This document shows, piece after piece, positions 26,392 to 39,657 of a DNA stretch of 64,000 nucleotides. The DNA comes from Adineta vaga (Eukaryota; Animalia; Rotifera), in the NCBI GenBank assembly GCA_021613535.1, contig CP075492.1:11966001-12030000 (forward strand). The letters are read 5' to 3'. The notes under the pieces are model-generated. The model did not search any database. It was not told where the DNA came from and worked only from the letters and a program-made list of their open reading frames with translations. A program made the position numbers and the translations under genes. Each line of letters starts with the position of its first letter. Within the stretch, counting starts at the first letter, position 1.

Positions 26392-27808
26392 TTTTTTTTT
26401 CTCAACAAACAAACATTTGGCTTAAAATAAATCGCGTACTTTTTCTGTAGAAATGACTTACGTTTCTTTCTAGATAGAATTAATTAATAAAACAATTCTC
26501 CCATAAAAAAACAGTCGTATGAAAATTTTATCATAAACGACAAAACATTTTCTTCATATCAACAAACATAATTAAAAAACGGATATGACTTGAAGATTTC
26601 ACTCAATGAATAGAATAAATATGAATTATTTTTAGATTATATTGCTAAGATATATACAAGAGATGTTTAAAATTACGTTAAGATATTCTCGCACTTTTCT
26701 TCATTTTCTTATTAAAGCTACTTGTCTCTAGAAAAAAAATAATTAATTTTCTTCTTCTATATTTATATTCTGATACTTGGCAAGACGAGATAAGAAAACA
26801 TAGACATTGAAGATGATGCGAAATTTTGAGTTTTTTTTTGATAGATCAAATGTCATAACCAATCAGTTGCTTACGTGACCTATCAACAAAATAAAATTCG
26901 TTGTTGAAAAACTACTCTCTCTAGGAGTCTATATCCGATGAGAATCCATCTTTCTCTTTCTATCATATTCATCATCAATCATTCGAAATATAATCTCGTT
27001 AAATAGTACTTGTTTCGTTAACTTATATGTATGTATTGATTCATATGAGTTTCATTGGATTGAAGATTAGCAAAGATATAGCAAAAAAAACAAATCCCAT
27101 ATTTAGATTGAATTCATTTGCTATGATTATGATCTATTCTTATTGAATAGTATCGTTCATGCGAGAAGAATATTTCGTAACTTCAAAGTATACTTTTATG
27201 TCTTTTCAATGAATAGACAACTTACTCTGAAAGTAATTCTTTAGTTGACATTTCATCTTTCTATTCATGGATAATTAGTTGATCCAAATACATAATTAAT
27301 TCAGGTGTATGTAAAAGATTTGAACGGAGATGACATAAAATATTTTGGATTTATACAAACTTTATTAGAAATAAGAACATTTCGGTACATGAATTTGTCA
27401 GTCGTTATAATGTTTATACTAATGGTTGATTACACTAGATTTTGTTTCTATGACAAGAAGATTATTAAATTTGAGTTTTAGATATGTCGCATATCAAATA
27501 TACCAATAAGAAACGATTGACGACGAACATTACTGACTACAACGTCAAATTAAAACTAATTATCTGCTATCTTTGGAATTAATCGAAAAATCTTTTTATC
27601 GGATGAGAGGAAATAATTTTGCTTAACAACTTGATAATCAACGCCATCTATGAAAGTCGAATGAGAATCGCCATTTTATTTGTTCTTCTTCTGATGCCCT
27701 TCCTTTCAAACAGATATAAAGCAATGGAGTAATCGCTTCTTATTTCTAAATAGATCTCGAAACAAAACAGTAATTTATTCTAGTCTATACATTGACGGCT
27801 CTTGTACA

Positions 27809-29224
27809 ATGTCATTTTTGACACGACCAAGTGTTGTTTTTGCTATTGTATTCGGTTGTTTTGCAGTCTTAATACCGAGAATATTCATTCCTCTATTCCG
27901 AACAAAACCATCCGCATCATCGCAGAATTTCGATGACCGTGAGTTATCATAAACAATCGATACATTAGATAATTCATTTATTTATCTAGATTTTCGACGA
28001 CCACCTGCACAAATGTCTCGTACTGAACGTGGTGATACCGTCGAACATATTCATGTTCGTTTTAATTTGACATTTAAAGTAATATTGATAAGAAATTTGT
28101 TCTGTTGAATAGGGCACACCTCCACATATGCGTGGTGCACACCCAAGTATGAGAATGCATCATCCTGGCGCCAATAATCCTTCACAAGGACAAATTGATC
28201 ATGGTAGTTCAAAATCTATTGTAACTCTTGCTTTACCAATGTATACAGTTGGTATTGGAATCTTCTTTATATATACCTGTTGTAAAGTAAGTTTGAGACG
28301 TGGCTATTTGAATGTTAGTGATTATTTTATTGATTGTTTAGTATTGGTCGAAGAAAAATGGTGATGATAAAAAAGGAAATAATAACGATTGTCGATGGAA
28401 TCGAGAAAAACGAAAGTTAGGATATGATATATTGGATAAAGATAGTGAAGACGATGAAGATAATAAACAAGATCTATATGCTGGTAGATGATCATTTTAG
28501 ATACTGAAATGAAATACGAATGGAAAATGTTTTTGTTTAGGTTTGGATCCAGATTATGTTGAATATTTAAAAACAAAGAAACAAAAAGCAATTGATGCAG
28601 AACAAGCAATGAGTGACGAACAAAAACAAAGTATTGAAATAATCATTTAAGTATTTTTAACTAAATCTTTCAATTTAGTGCATTATGCTCTTGAAGAAAT
28701 GAAGAAATCTTTATCATTCATCAGTTCAAAATTAGTCACAAAAGAAAATCGAAATAATTTACGTAGGATTGAATTAAAAATATAAATACAATATATCAAA
28801 TGTTGTTATTGTCTTTCTATGATAGATGGAAATGAAATTGTTCAATTACAAGAACGTCTTATGACAACTGAAGCTCAAATGTGTAAGATTCTATCAGCAT
28901 TAGATACTGCTTCGGAAAAAGTCAGTAAATTATCTAAAAATACCAAGAAATCTCCAAAGGTACGTAAACATGGATAATCGAATTCTTGAACAATTGTGTT
29001 TTTCTGAATTTTAGGAAAAAGAAGAGGAAAAAGAAGAAGTTGTACATTCGGAAGAAGAAGAAGAAAGCTTGGCATCATCAGACGAAGAAGATGAAACAGA
29101 TAATAAGTCGGATCAATGTCATCAATCGGAATCTCTTAGTAGCAGCCATTCATCGGATCAAGAAGATCAATCAGCACCAATAGCAAATGAACAAAATCAT
29201 TTAATTCACCGAAAACCTCATTAA
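27809..29224 (+). CDS. RIC3: RIC-3 nicotinic acetylcholine receptor chaperone (multi-exon)
   Basis: N-terminal VFAIVFGCFAVLIPRIF, a Pro/His-rich linker, TM LALPMYTVGIGIFFIYTCCK and coiled coil LQERLMTTEAQMCKIL. Confidence 0.82.
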
Positions 29225-29375
29225 ATTTTTCATGTACTTTTTTCTTTACAGTATTCTTTTAGCAATTGAATTATTCATCTAATTGTTGTCTATTAATGTC
29301 TTGATAAATTCATGCTAGAATCTCATTTAATATTGAATCTCAATTACTTTTCTTTTTCAGATTATATTTAAAATT

Positions 29376-32053
29376 ATGGCTGATATATACAAGAATGTAC
29401 GGAGTCCTGGTCCGAATGATAATGTGTATAAAGATGAATGTCTCTATTCATTTGATAATCCTGAATCTGAAAATGGTCTTTTTATTTGTATGTCAACATT
29501 TTACGGTCTAGGAAAAGATCATGTTGCACGACATTGTAAAATGAATCCAGGAAAACATGTCTTCTTACATATTCTACGAAGACGAAAACCGGTTCCAGTT
29601 GATCCAAATATTGAACCAACAAAGATAACGAAAATGGCTATTGGAGTAGAAGGTGGATTTGATCCTAATGGCACAAAACGATTTACATTTGAAGAAAAAT
29701 ATTCAATTTATGTACATCCGAATGTTGTTATTGCATATCCGGATGAAACGGATCAATTACCGGAACATGTTAAACAATCAGCTGATAGAATTATTTCAGC
29801 TGAATCGGCATTTTTAAAAGAAGAACGTGCATTAATGAATGCAACATGGAGTGGTGAAGTTCGAAAAGAAACAAAACATGCTCAAACTTTAGAACAATTA
29901 GATAATGGTCGAAAAATTCCACCCAATGGATGGAAATGTGAACAATGTGATATGAAAGATAATTTATGGTTGAATTTAACTGATGGCGCTATTCTTTGTG
30001 GAAGACGATTTTATGATGGTAGTGGAGGAAATAATCATGCCATTGATTATTATTATAAAACAAAATATCCATTAGCTGTTAAATTAGGTATGTAAAAATG
30101 AAAAAAAAATGCTTTTGTTTTATTTTTGATGTGATGAATATTCTAGGAACTATAACTGTGAAAGGTGCTGATGTTTATTCTTATGATGAAGATGATATGG
30201 TTGAAGATCCTAATCTTGCTAAACATTTATCTCATTGGGGTATTAATATGATGAATATGGAAAAAACGGATCGATCAATGGCAGATTTAGAAATTGAAAT
30301 CAATCAAAAGTATGGTGAAGCTTCGATGATTGAAGAAGCAAATTCGAAATTACAACCAATTCATGGCGCCGGTAAACTTTCTTTCCCATACGTTCATTTC
30401 ATCTTTCAAATTTGAATACTTCTTTAGGATATACCGGAATGAAAAATTTAGGAAACTCTTGTTATCTAAATTCAGCCATGCAAGTTTTATTTACAATAAA
30501 AGATTTTCAAGAGAAATATTATAGACATTGCGATTTCTATTTTGATAAAGCCAAAGATCCTCCGCATGATTTCAATGCTCAAACAGCGAAACTTTCCTAT
30601 GGCCTCTTATCGGGTTTATATTCTCGTGAAGTTCCTACTCCTCTTAGCGAAACATTTAAACCACCAACATATATTCGACCACAAATGTTTCGAACATTGA
30701 TCGGTCGTGACCATTCAAATTTGGTACAAAACAACAACAAGATGCGGCAGAATTCATTGAATACTTTCTCGAACAAGTTCATAAACATTGTATTAGTGAT
30801 CCAACACCGGATGCATCACTGGATCCAAGTAATTGTTTTCAATTTCAATTAGAAGAACGAATCTATTGTCCTGAAACAAGTCAAGTACGATATTCAACAC
30901 GTGATGATGCAATGTTTCGAATCAATGTCCCACTTGATGCTGCAAAAAATATGCATGAAGTTCTTCAATATAATAAAACAAAAGAAGATCTTGAAAAACA
31001 AGGAAAGAAAGTCAATGATCTACCTATCATTCGTCCAATTATTCCACTTACTCAAGCTATTGCTCGTTGGGCTGAACCAGAGGTGATTGAGGATTTTAAA
31101 ATAAAACGAAGTGAACCAAGTACAACAATTCGAAAAACTCAACGATTTCTCACCTTTCCAGATTATTTTTTCATTCAATTGAAAAAATATACATTTAATG
31201 ACGATTGGACACCAAGAAAACTGGATGTATCAATGGAAATACCTGATGAAATTGATTTGAATTCATTACGAGCAACAGGTTTTCAAAATGGTGAAACTCC
31301 AATGCCAGATGGTAAGAAGAAGGTTGATACGAAGAAAAACGTTATTTGATTGGTGATTCTTTTTAGATGATGAACCAATTGTTCAAGCCACAACATCCAA
31401 ATCGAATGAAAAAATAAACGAAGTTTATGTGCAACAACTTGTTGAGATGGGATTTTCATCTGAAGCTTGTGAGAAAGCATTAATTCATACGGGAAATAAT
31501 AATATCGACGCAGCAATGAATTGGTTATTCGAACATCAAGCCGATCCTGACTTTAATCAACCCTATAAACCATCGAATAGTTCTTCAACACCTGTTGTAA
31601 GTAAAAAAAAATTGATGTTTTATTTGTATCTTTTCTATTAATTGATTCTAGTTAGATGAAGAGAGTATTGGATTATTAATGTCAATGAATTTCTCCCGAC
31701 CACATGCTGTACGCGCATTGACAATGACGAATAATAGTGTTGAAGCGGCTGCTGATTGGGCATTTAATAATCCTGAAGATAGTTCAACGTTACAAGCATT
31801 AATAGAATCATTGCCACAATCATCTCCATCACATCATACAACTAAAACAACCTATTTTCGAGATGGAAATGGCAAATATCGTCTTGTTGCATTCATTTCA
31901 CATATTGGAAATAATACTTCATGTGGTCATTATGTTGCACATATTCTTAAAGATGGACGATGGGTTATCTTTAATGATGAAACAGTTGCATTATCGGAAA
32001 ATCCGCCAAAAGATTTAGCATATCTGTATTTATATAAACGCTCTGGATCATAG
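29376..32053 (+). CDS. USP5: Ubiquitin C-terminal hydrolase 5/13 (isopeptidase T), with a 1-nt frameshift near 30717
   Basis: VYKDECLYSFDNPES, ZnF-UBP NLWLNLTDGAILCGRR..YPLAVKLGTIT..DVYSYDED, Cys box GYTGMKNLGNSCYLNS, two UBA domains, His box FISHIG..CGHYVAHI..WVIFND. Confidence 0.92.
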
Positions 32054-32250
32054 ACAATTTTTCAGATATTACACTGTTTTATTCTCGCTTTTCTTTCCTT
32101 CTTTTTTTATTATAAACCAGTGAATATTTTCTTTTATTTGTATCTTACGGCTCACAACAACTATGATGTTCTTAAAATAAAATGTCCCTTTCATTCTTTC
32201 TTTTCTAGATGTGTAATAATTGTAAATTATTATCCTACTGAACAGAAAAC

Positions 32251-32667
32251 ATGTCAGCAAACAGTGAAATGCAAATTCGTCGTTCGGCAACTACACTTCG
32301 TTCAACAAATTCATCAAAATCTGCATCAAACCTAGCATCAAACAATCCTAGTCGACATGTTGAACCTGTTCTATATAGTGAAATTGCTGTTCGATTAAAT
32401 GAACATAGTCTTGAACAATGTCGAACATCCGTTAGTGCATTATCTGGTTGTGTTGCTGGCATTCTTGGTTTAACATCGTACAAAGGATTTCTTTTCTATG
32501 GTTTTTCTATGTTTTTTCTTTCTTTTCTCATCTATTCATATATTCGAAATGAGCATCGAACATTTTTTACTAGTTTAAATCATGTATTTATCAATGGATT
32601 TTTTAATGGTTTACTTACTTACGTTCTCTTTTGGACATTTCTCTATGGAATGGTACATGTATATTAA
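32251..32667 (+). CDS. EMC6: ER membrane protein complex subunit 6 (single exon)
   Basis: LEQCRTSVSALSGCVAGILGLT..GFLFY..GLLTYVLFWTFLYGMVHVY. Confidence 0.95.
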   Translation: MSANSEMQIRRSATTLRSTNSSKSASNLASNNPSRHVEPVLYSEIAVRLNEHSLEQCRTSVSALSGCVAGILGLTSYKGFLFYGFSMFFLSFLIYSYIRNEHRTFFTSLNHVFINGFFNGLLTYVLFWTFLYGMVHVY

Positions 32668-33658
32668 TTTTGTGAATATTCAAATAGTCAAAATTGTATG
32701 CAATCTCCTAAAGTCGTTGTTTTCCTTCTTGTCTGTATTGTTGTTCCATTCAACTGAAAAACAAATCATAATAAATTCAATGAGAATGAATCGAATATTT
32801 TGAAAAAGCAATCGTGAAATCTATACTTGAATTATTGAAATCAATCAGAATATATATACTATATTGTGATAGTTGTTGTTTGTTCTTTTTGGTAACAGAT
32901 GTATAACAAAAGATGAATACATTATTGAAGTTTCCTTTGTTGGAAGGAAGAAAAGCAATTGATGATAAGAAACTTCAAAAACAAAGAAATATGAATCAGT
33001 GTTTAGCACAATCTTTTTTTTTTAAATTTTTCATAATTGAAAGATTCTAGTTTAATCTTTCGAATTGATAGAAGTTATAATCATAAATAAAACTAAGTGG
33101 AAAATTATTAATAGTACTATTCGGTCATAAACTATAAAACTCTTGATCAGATAAGCAATTGATTGTTATTCTTTCTATGATAGATGATTTCTCACAAAAG
33201 TTTCCTAATAATTCTTATTCATCGTTAGTTGTAATATGAGTAGACTGATGAGTCATATGCATAATAGCAAGAAGTACCTTTTCTTCATAATAAGGCCGCA
33301 TTAAATGACGAACGAGTTTCTTTTTCTTCAAAGAACGACTAAAAAAATCATAAGAAAAGAAATCATTTGATTCAAAAATCTTGTTGTGAAGCAGACGATG
33401 ATTTGAATAGTTAAGTCAAAAAAAATCATTTCATTTTTTCCGAAGAGATTTGAGTATAGGGAAACTCTACGAACAGATGACCTTGAGCAAACTTTTATAA
33501 TTATCTCTTTCTTGTCATCTCATAAGATATGAGTCATAGGTGAACGGTGACATTTTCTATCGTTGTTTTTTTCTCCGTGAACTTCATTGAAATATTATGA
33601 TGAAGTTTTAGATAATATTTATTAATTGAAAAAAAAAGAAGAAAGACAACCGTTTCAC

Positions 33659-34004
33659 ATGGTCGCATTGGGTACAGATGTTATCATTGCACTCGTCGTA
33701 GTTGCAGTTGTAATTGTAATTATAGTTGTTATTATTGTGGTAAGAATTCATCTTCTTTTTTTTGTGTAATTTTGATTCTATTTGAAAGTTTTAGATTTGT
33801 TGTGTATGTCGAAAATGTGAACAATGTGCGAGATGGACACGACGAAAAGCTGATGCAAAAGAAGAAGTAAGACATGAAGAACAATTAGCTGAACGAAGAA
33901 GAGAATATGATCAAACTCGAACTGAACGTGAAGTAGCACGGGAACAAATTCGTGCGAAATATAATTTAAAGGGTGGTCAAACAAACTTAGCGATTATTTC
34001 ATAA
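33659..34004 (+). CDS. Small single-TM protein resembling the C-terminal half of PTTG1IP (two exons; absent from the ORF track)
   Basis: MVALGTDVIIALVVVAVVIVIIVVIIV, intron 33740-33794, then ICCVCRKC..EEQLAERRREYDQTRTEREVAREQIRAKYNL. Confidence 0.7.
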
Positions 34005-35878
34005 ATTGTACTGTATTTCTTTATATTTATATACATATATAAATATCTATAAAAGAAAATTTTGTGAATCATTTTAATGTCTTTTTCACTTGAGAAATTT
34101 GAAATTTGTTTCGTATCATTTTCATTTCGTCAAGTACATGCTCAACTATTGTCTTTGGTATAATAGTTCATTCTGTTATAGTGATTGATTAACGCAGTGG
34201 GTGGACGACAAAGAGATGAGGTCAAGTTGAATAGAAGAGAACCTTGCCAACTATTGATGTAAAAAAAAAGAGAAAATGGACTGACATTCAATATCATACT
34301 CTGCACTTGATATATATACACAGATGTTCATAAAAATTATCTTGAAAATTATCCAAGTAAGGTTATTAATCTATATTTAAATATTAACACATGTGAACGT
34401 TTATGTAATCGAACAAAGACTTGATATAACTGGTTACTTGAGAAAATAATAGCGATCAGTAGAGTTGATTTTTCCTAATTGTTTATTCTAGACACAAGAA
34501 GATGGATATATGTATACATTCGTTCGTTTCCTTTTCTCCTTATGGGATAAGAAGAGAATAAGATGATTGAACAACACTAGTTGCAATTATTCTCGTCATC
34601 AGTTTGACAGATGAGTTACAAATGGATGAATGCCAAAGTGCAACATTGTGTTGGCAGACATTCGATCCAAATTTTACAGTAATGAAAGAAAGAGAAAAAG
34701 AAAGAGAAAGAATAGATTGAGATAACCTATTATTGGCAATATGAGTGAATAAGAAGGAAAAAAAAGGAGAGAAGAATAAATAACGATTCGTCTCTTGATT
34801 CAATCAAACGGTTAGCGGCACGGGTGATGTGCAACTAGTGCCCGACGCCGGTCTCTTTCTTTTCCTCCTCATTTTCCCATTTTCTCTTTCTATTACTATT
34901 TTAGCGATTGTATCCGCTTATAACAACAGAAATTTTACATCTTCACCAGCAGCACACTAATATTGACAATGAACAAACATTCACGATGAAGAAACTGATC
35001 ATGTCAATTTACTTTTTTTCTAAGCAATTTTAAATGTAATAAAAACGAACATCGATTACTCATACGGAACAACATTTATAGTAAGTCCTTATTTCCTCAT
35101 GATAGTTGTATAATCAGACGATATTAGTTACTCTTCTCTGTTCCTTTCTCTATTAATTCCTATAGTCAAATATAAAGTAAATATATACATATGTGTCTCG
35201 TCGTTATATCCGCAGCTGTTCTCTTGCATACATATCAAGATCAGTCAATTATGAAAGGAAAAGTTCAGCATAATAAGTATGGATAGTTTGTCGAACAGAA
35301 GTCTCATGTTCTATTAAGTGCATATATGTAAAATACGAGTATAAAAAAAAAGAAACGTATGAAAGTATTTGAGTGGAAAAAATTGGAGGTCATTGATCGT
35401 ATACCTCTCTTTCTATACAAATAAGGTGTATAAATGAACGAACGATCGAACATTTGCATATGTGAATATGATTTATTTACCATATGAATGTATACACGCC
35501 CTATCGTAGTAGTTAATGTGTAAGAGAGAAGTAATATCAAAAAAAAATTGAACAGTATATTTAGTATACGTAAGAATAATGGTATGTAAACGAGAGAATA
35601 AATAGTTGCTTATATAGTTCTTTGAAGCAATTATATGTTGTTGTTTTTTTTATATTGTAATAAAGACAACGTTTTATCGAAGTGAGAGAAAGAGAGAGAC
35701 ATTGTTTTTTCATTGATCTTTTGTCTTTTCCATGTGTAGTCAAGCATTTTCAAGGTTAGAATGTGTCAAAGTAACCATTTGAGAAAACATTTGTAAGTTC
35801 AACATTATTAATTCTTCTCATCATCTTTCGGTTCGCCTTTCTCATCTTGTTCATTATTCGCCAGTGAAAGGAAAGTCA

Positions 35879-38734
35879 ATGTCATCATCATCAGCAGCAT
35901 CATCATCATCAAAAGCCTTGCATGCTCGTCTTCGCTTTCTATCATCACTTGTTTGCTCGATCTTTACATCTATCGTCATTGATGGAGAAAGACATAGCAA
36001 GTCAAGTAATCCAAACATCGCAAAATATTGTAGTAAATTCCTTTTCCTTCTCTTTCTCTTTTTCTTTATTGATAATGAGATTTTCATTTTTTTTATATCT
36101 ATCTATCTATCTATCTAAAGAAAAGAATAAGAGAAGATCTTCTACTCTTTCTTATTAGTTATTAACTTCATGTTCAATCCACAGTGTGAGATAACATTAG
36201 TTTCTCAATTACTTGATTCAATTGATGGACATTTAAAATTGATTCATTTACCAATGAAACAAAACGATTCCTCTCAAGATGAAGAGGATGGAGAAGAAGA
36301 ACTTTGGTTAAGTGGTCATCGATCCATTTTTTCATCTTATGAAAGTCATTGTCGACAAACAATACCTTCGCTTCGTGATAGTCAATATGAAGATTTTCAT
36401 TGGGATTTATATGGTAATGAAGATTATCATCGTCTTGCCTTTGAATATGGACAAAAAAATCGTTCGTCACCAACACATTTATCTGAATGGTCAATGCAAT
36501 TTGATTCGGATAATATAGATGATGAAAATGATGATGGAATATCATCTTCAAATCGACAGCAAACATCCTGGCAAGCAATTAAAACAAAATCTATTGATTT
36601 AAGTTGTTCATCAACAACAACAAATGCAAGTACATCAGATAGTGGATCGTATTCACCAAATCCTTTAACTTTGTATCATTTATTTCGATGTAAAAAATCT
36701 CAACAACATCCGTGCCGTTTATATCAAAATTTTAGTGATAAAAGTTTATGTGATTCTTTAACATCTTCCTCGTCCTCATCTTCAATTTCTCATCATATTC
36801 CAAAATTAAAAAGTCCAACAACAATATCTCAACTAAATCTAATTAATTCTAAACAAGACTCGAAAACTAATGTTGATCAATGTCAACAGACATCTCTTAT
36901 GCTTTGTCAAACGAAGAAATCTTCGATTACTCATTCAAAAAGTCCTGATCGTTTATTAAATCATCCTTCTAGTCAATCATCTTTCATATCTGATTATACT
37001 CTACCGGATCTTGATTTCCTAACATATTATGCAAAAGAAAATCCGCCAAAATTTTCCACACATTCTCATCATACACAACATTCTTCTCTACCGATGAATA
37101 AACCATTCTTTGAACTATTAACACATCAAAATAAATCGCAACGTACGATATTCTATTGTCATATTCCATTATCAACTCGTCATTTATCATTTTCAAAAGA
37201 AAAATTTATCAAACCTAATCCAACAACGATATCCGTATGTTCAAGTACATCCAGTAGTGGTTATTTTAGTAATTGTTCAACAAATCATACACGTCCTATT
37301 CAAACACCATTAGTTTCATATCCATTAAAATCATGTTTAAAACGTACTAAAACAGAAGATTCGACGAAAGCAAATGTTCTCGCTGTTGGTATTGTGGGCG
37401 ATGTATTTACATTGACAAATGGACGAATGTATAACAATAAAACGAATAGTTCGGAACATCGACGTTATTCAGCACCGTCTACTTCATCACAACAAGAACA
37501 AGAACAACAACAACAGTCATTGCCATTGTCAACAAAGTCAAAGACTTGTAATCCATCAGAACATGATCTTGGAACGAAGAAAAGTGTCAGTTTTTGTGAT
37601 GAGATTACTCGAAGATTAATAACACCATCGACAAGTCCAAAATTTCTATATCAAGGTATAAAAGTCAATCCTTTCACTAGCATTTCTTTGATTGTATATA
37701 TTTTCTAGATATTTGTGATTTATTACCACGCGAAAATCTAACCGATAGTCCACCGAGTGAATTTAATCTATCCGATAATGATGATAATGATAAAGATGAA
37801 GATGAAGATAGTCTAGTACATTTTATTACTAATACATCCGAAGATATAATTAAACCATTACCAATTAAAAATGGAAGTGAGAAACATTTGATCGATGCAT
37901 TTGCTCATACAATTCTTCGTATATTAGAAATTAAATGTAACGATCCAAAAGTAATATTTTCTCTAAAATTTTAATTTCGATAAAAACAAAAACGATCTGT
38001 TTTTTTTCCTTCTTCAAGGCTTATTATCTCAATAATCAAACAAATCCTGAATTAGATCGAATACTTCGTCTAGACTTTTGTCCTTTAATACGTGCAGTAC
38101 TCGAAGACGGTTTACGACAACATTCAGGTTCGTTATTTTCACGTAAAGTTAATCTCTGGCGTTTAATTGATTTAACAACACCGTCAACCAGTCGATTTAA
38201 TGAAGCAAAAATGAAAGTACAAATTGAATCGTCAGCAAATACAGATTGGGTTGAAAAATTTAATTCATTTATCTATCAATTACTAAAGTAAAATCAACGA
38301 AATTCTCTTTCTCATAAAACTTTCATTTTATTTCTTCGCTTTTCTATAGTCTTCATGAACTTGCTGCATGGTTAACAGATTTTGTTTTTCATCGTACATT
38401 ATTGAAAACTTATTATGAATCATGGGCATTTGTACTTGTGAATATGAATAATGATTTATTTGAATGTATTACAAATCAGGTGGAAAAATTATCACCATTA
38501 TCATTTCGATTAAAATACACGAATTTATCGAATTCAAGAATTGTTTTAACAAATCAAAAGATATCAACGTCAATCTTACCGAAAAAATTTAATGTTCGAA
38601 CATGGTTACGTGATCGAAAAACTCAAGTAAAAATATCACCAAGAGATGCATTGATTTCTTCGAGATTATCAACTATTCCTCAACGACAGAAATCCAATTC
38701 AATTCCAATTACCAACCAACATGCAAAAATTTGA
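35879..38734 (+). CDS. RUN-domain protein (RUSC-like RUN) with a long Ser-rich N-terminal region
   Basis: Exon 35879-36032 splices in phase to 36159. RUN motifs FCPLIRAVLEDGL..LWRLI..KFNSFIYQLLN..LAAWL..YYESWAF..LSPLSFRL. Confidence 0.78.
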
Positions 38735-39119
38735 TATTATGCAAGAATTGCACTCTAAATGCTGAGATATTTCTTCAATAGTTGTTTTTTATATTTGTAT
38801 GCGTGTATTTATTTATCTTTACCTAGCTGACCTTTTTTAATGAGCTATTTGCTCAGTTCTAATGAAAAATAAATATCGATATATAAAGAAATAGAAACAC
38901 ATCGTTTCTTTTTTCTGAACAGTCGATTGCACTAGTAAACGTGAAAAATGGATTGATATGTTTCAACTGCAAAGAAAATGTCACAACAAAAGTAGGTATA
39001 TTTTGCGTTCGAATTTGTTATTCTGTTGTGCACTGTACTTGAAAAAAACGACAAATCTTTGATTCCAGGAGATTTTTGTGGTTCATGATATAGAGTGATA
39101 TCATGGTACAGAGAAATAT

Positions 39120-39191
39120 GGCTTGGTGGTCTAGTGGTATGATTCTCGCTTAGGGTGCGAGAGGTCCCGGGTTCAATCCCCGGCCAAGCCC
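39120..39191 (+). tRNA. tRNA-Pro (AGG)
   Basis: Acceptor stem GGCTTGG/CCAAGCC, A box TGGTCTAGTGG, anticodon arm CTCGC-TTAGGGT-GCGAG, B box GGTTCAATCCC and a downstream T-run terminator. Confidence 0.97.
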
Positions 39192-39657
39192 GGTTACTTT
39201 CTTTTTTGAATGTATTCATATCTTGAGATTGTTTTGCCTAACATATTTTCGTCCCATTAATAATATTTATGCGTTAAAAACAAGTTTGTTTTGGATATAA
39301 ACAACAACAACAACAGCAATCTCCAACGGAGGAAAGTTTTTATATTTTTCTTCCTAAATGATTTAAATGCTCTTCAATAATTCTTTTCTTTTTTCTTTCA
39401 TTCTTTTCTCTTGTTCGTTCTTTTCGTTTTCTTTCCTAATTGAGTTCGTTCTCTGAACAAGACGCGAAACAAAAAAAAAGAAAAAGAAATGAAGTGAGAA
39501 TGAGAGAGAAAGTTATTTTAATTTTTCTCGCTTGTGACGAAATACTTACAAAGATGTATTTGTTATGGTAGCAGTAAAAAAAAGAGCGAAAAGGCGTCAC
39601 ATCTACGCACATACACATGGAGATTTGAATAACTTATAAGAGTGTATCGAAGGTAAA

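Noticed and set aside
26860-26880. CCAAT..ACGTG as an ER-stress element
   Set aside because: It does not match the CCAAT-N9-CCACG consensus and lies about 900 nt from the next gene.
33235-33320. Hammerhead-like CTGATGA-GTCAT..ATGAC-GAAC
   Set aside because: The core has GAAC instead of GAAA, and I find no stem I or stem III partners.
33210-33560. Possible small minus-strand gene (open stretch RSLKKKKLVRHLMRPYYEEK..)
   Set aside because: I could not build a consistent start exon and recognise no homology.
38932-39219. 95-aa minus-strand ORF
   Set aside because: It is the antisense shadow of tRNA-Pro.
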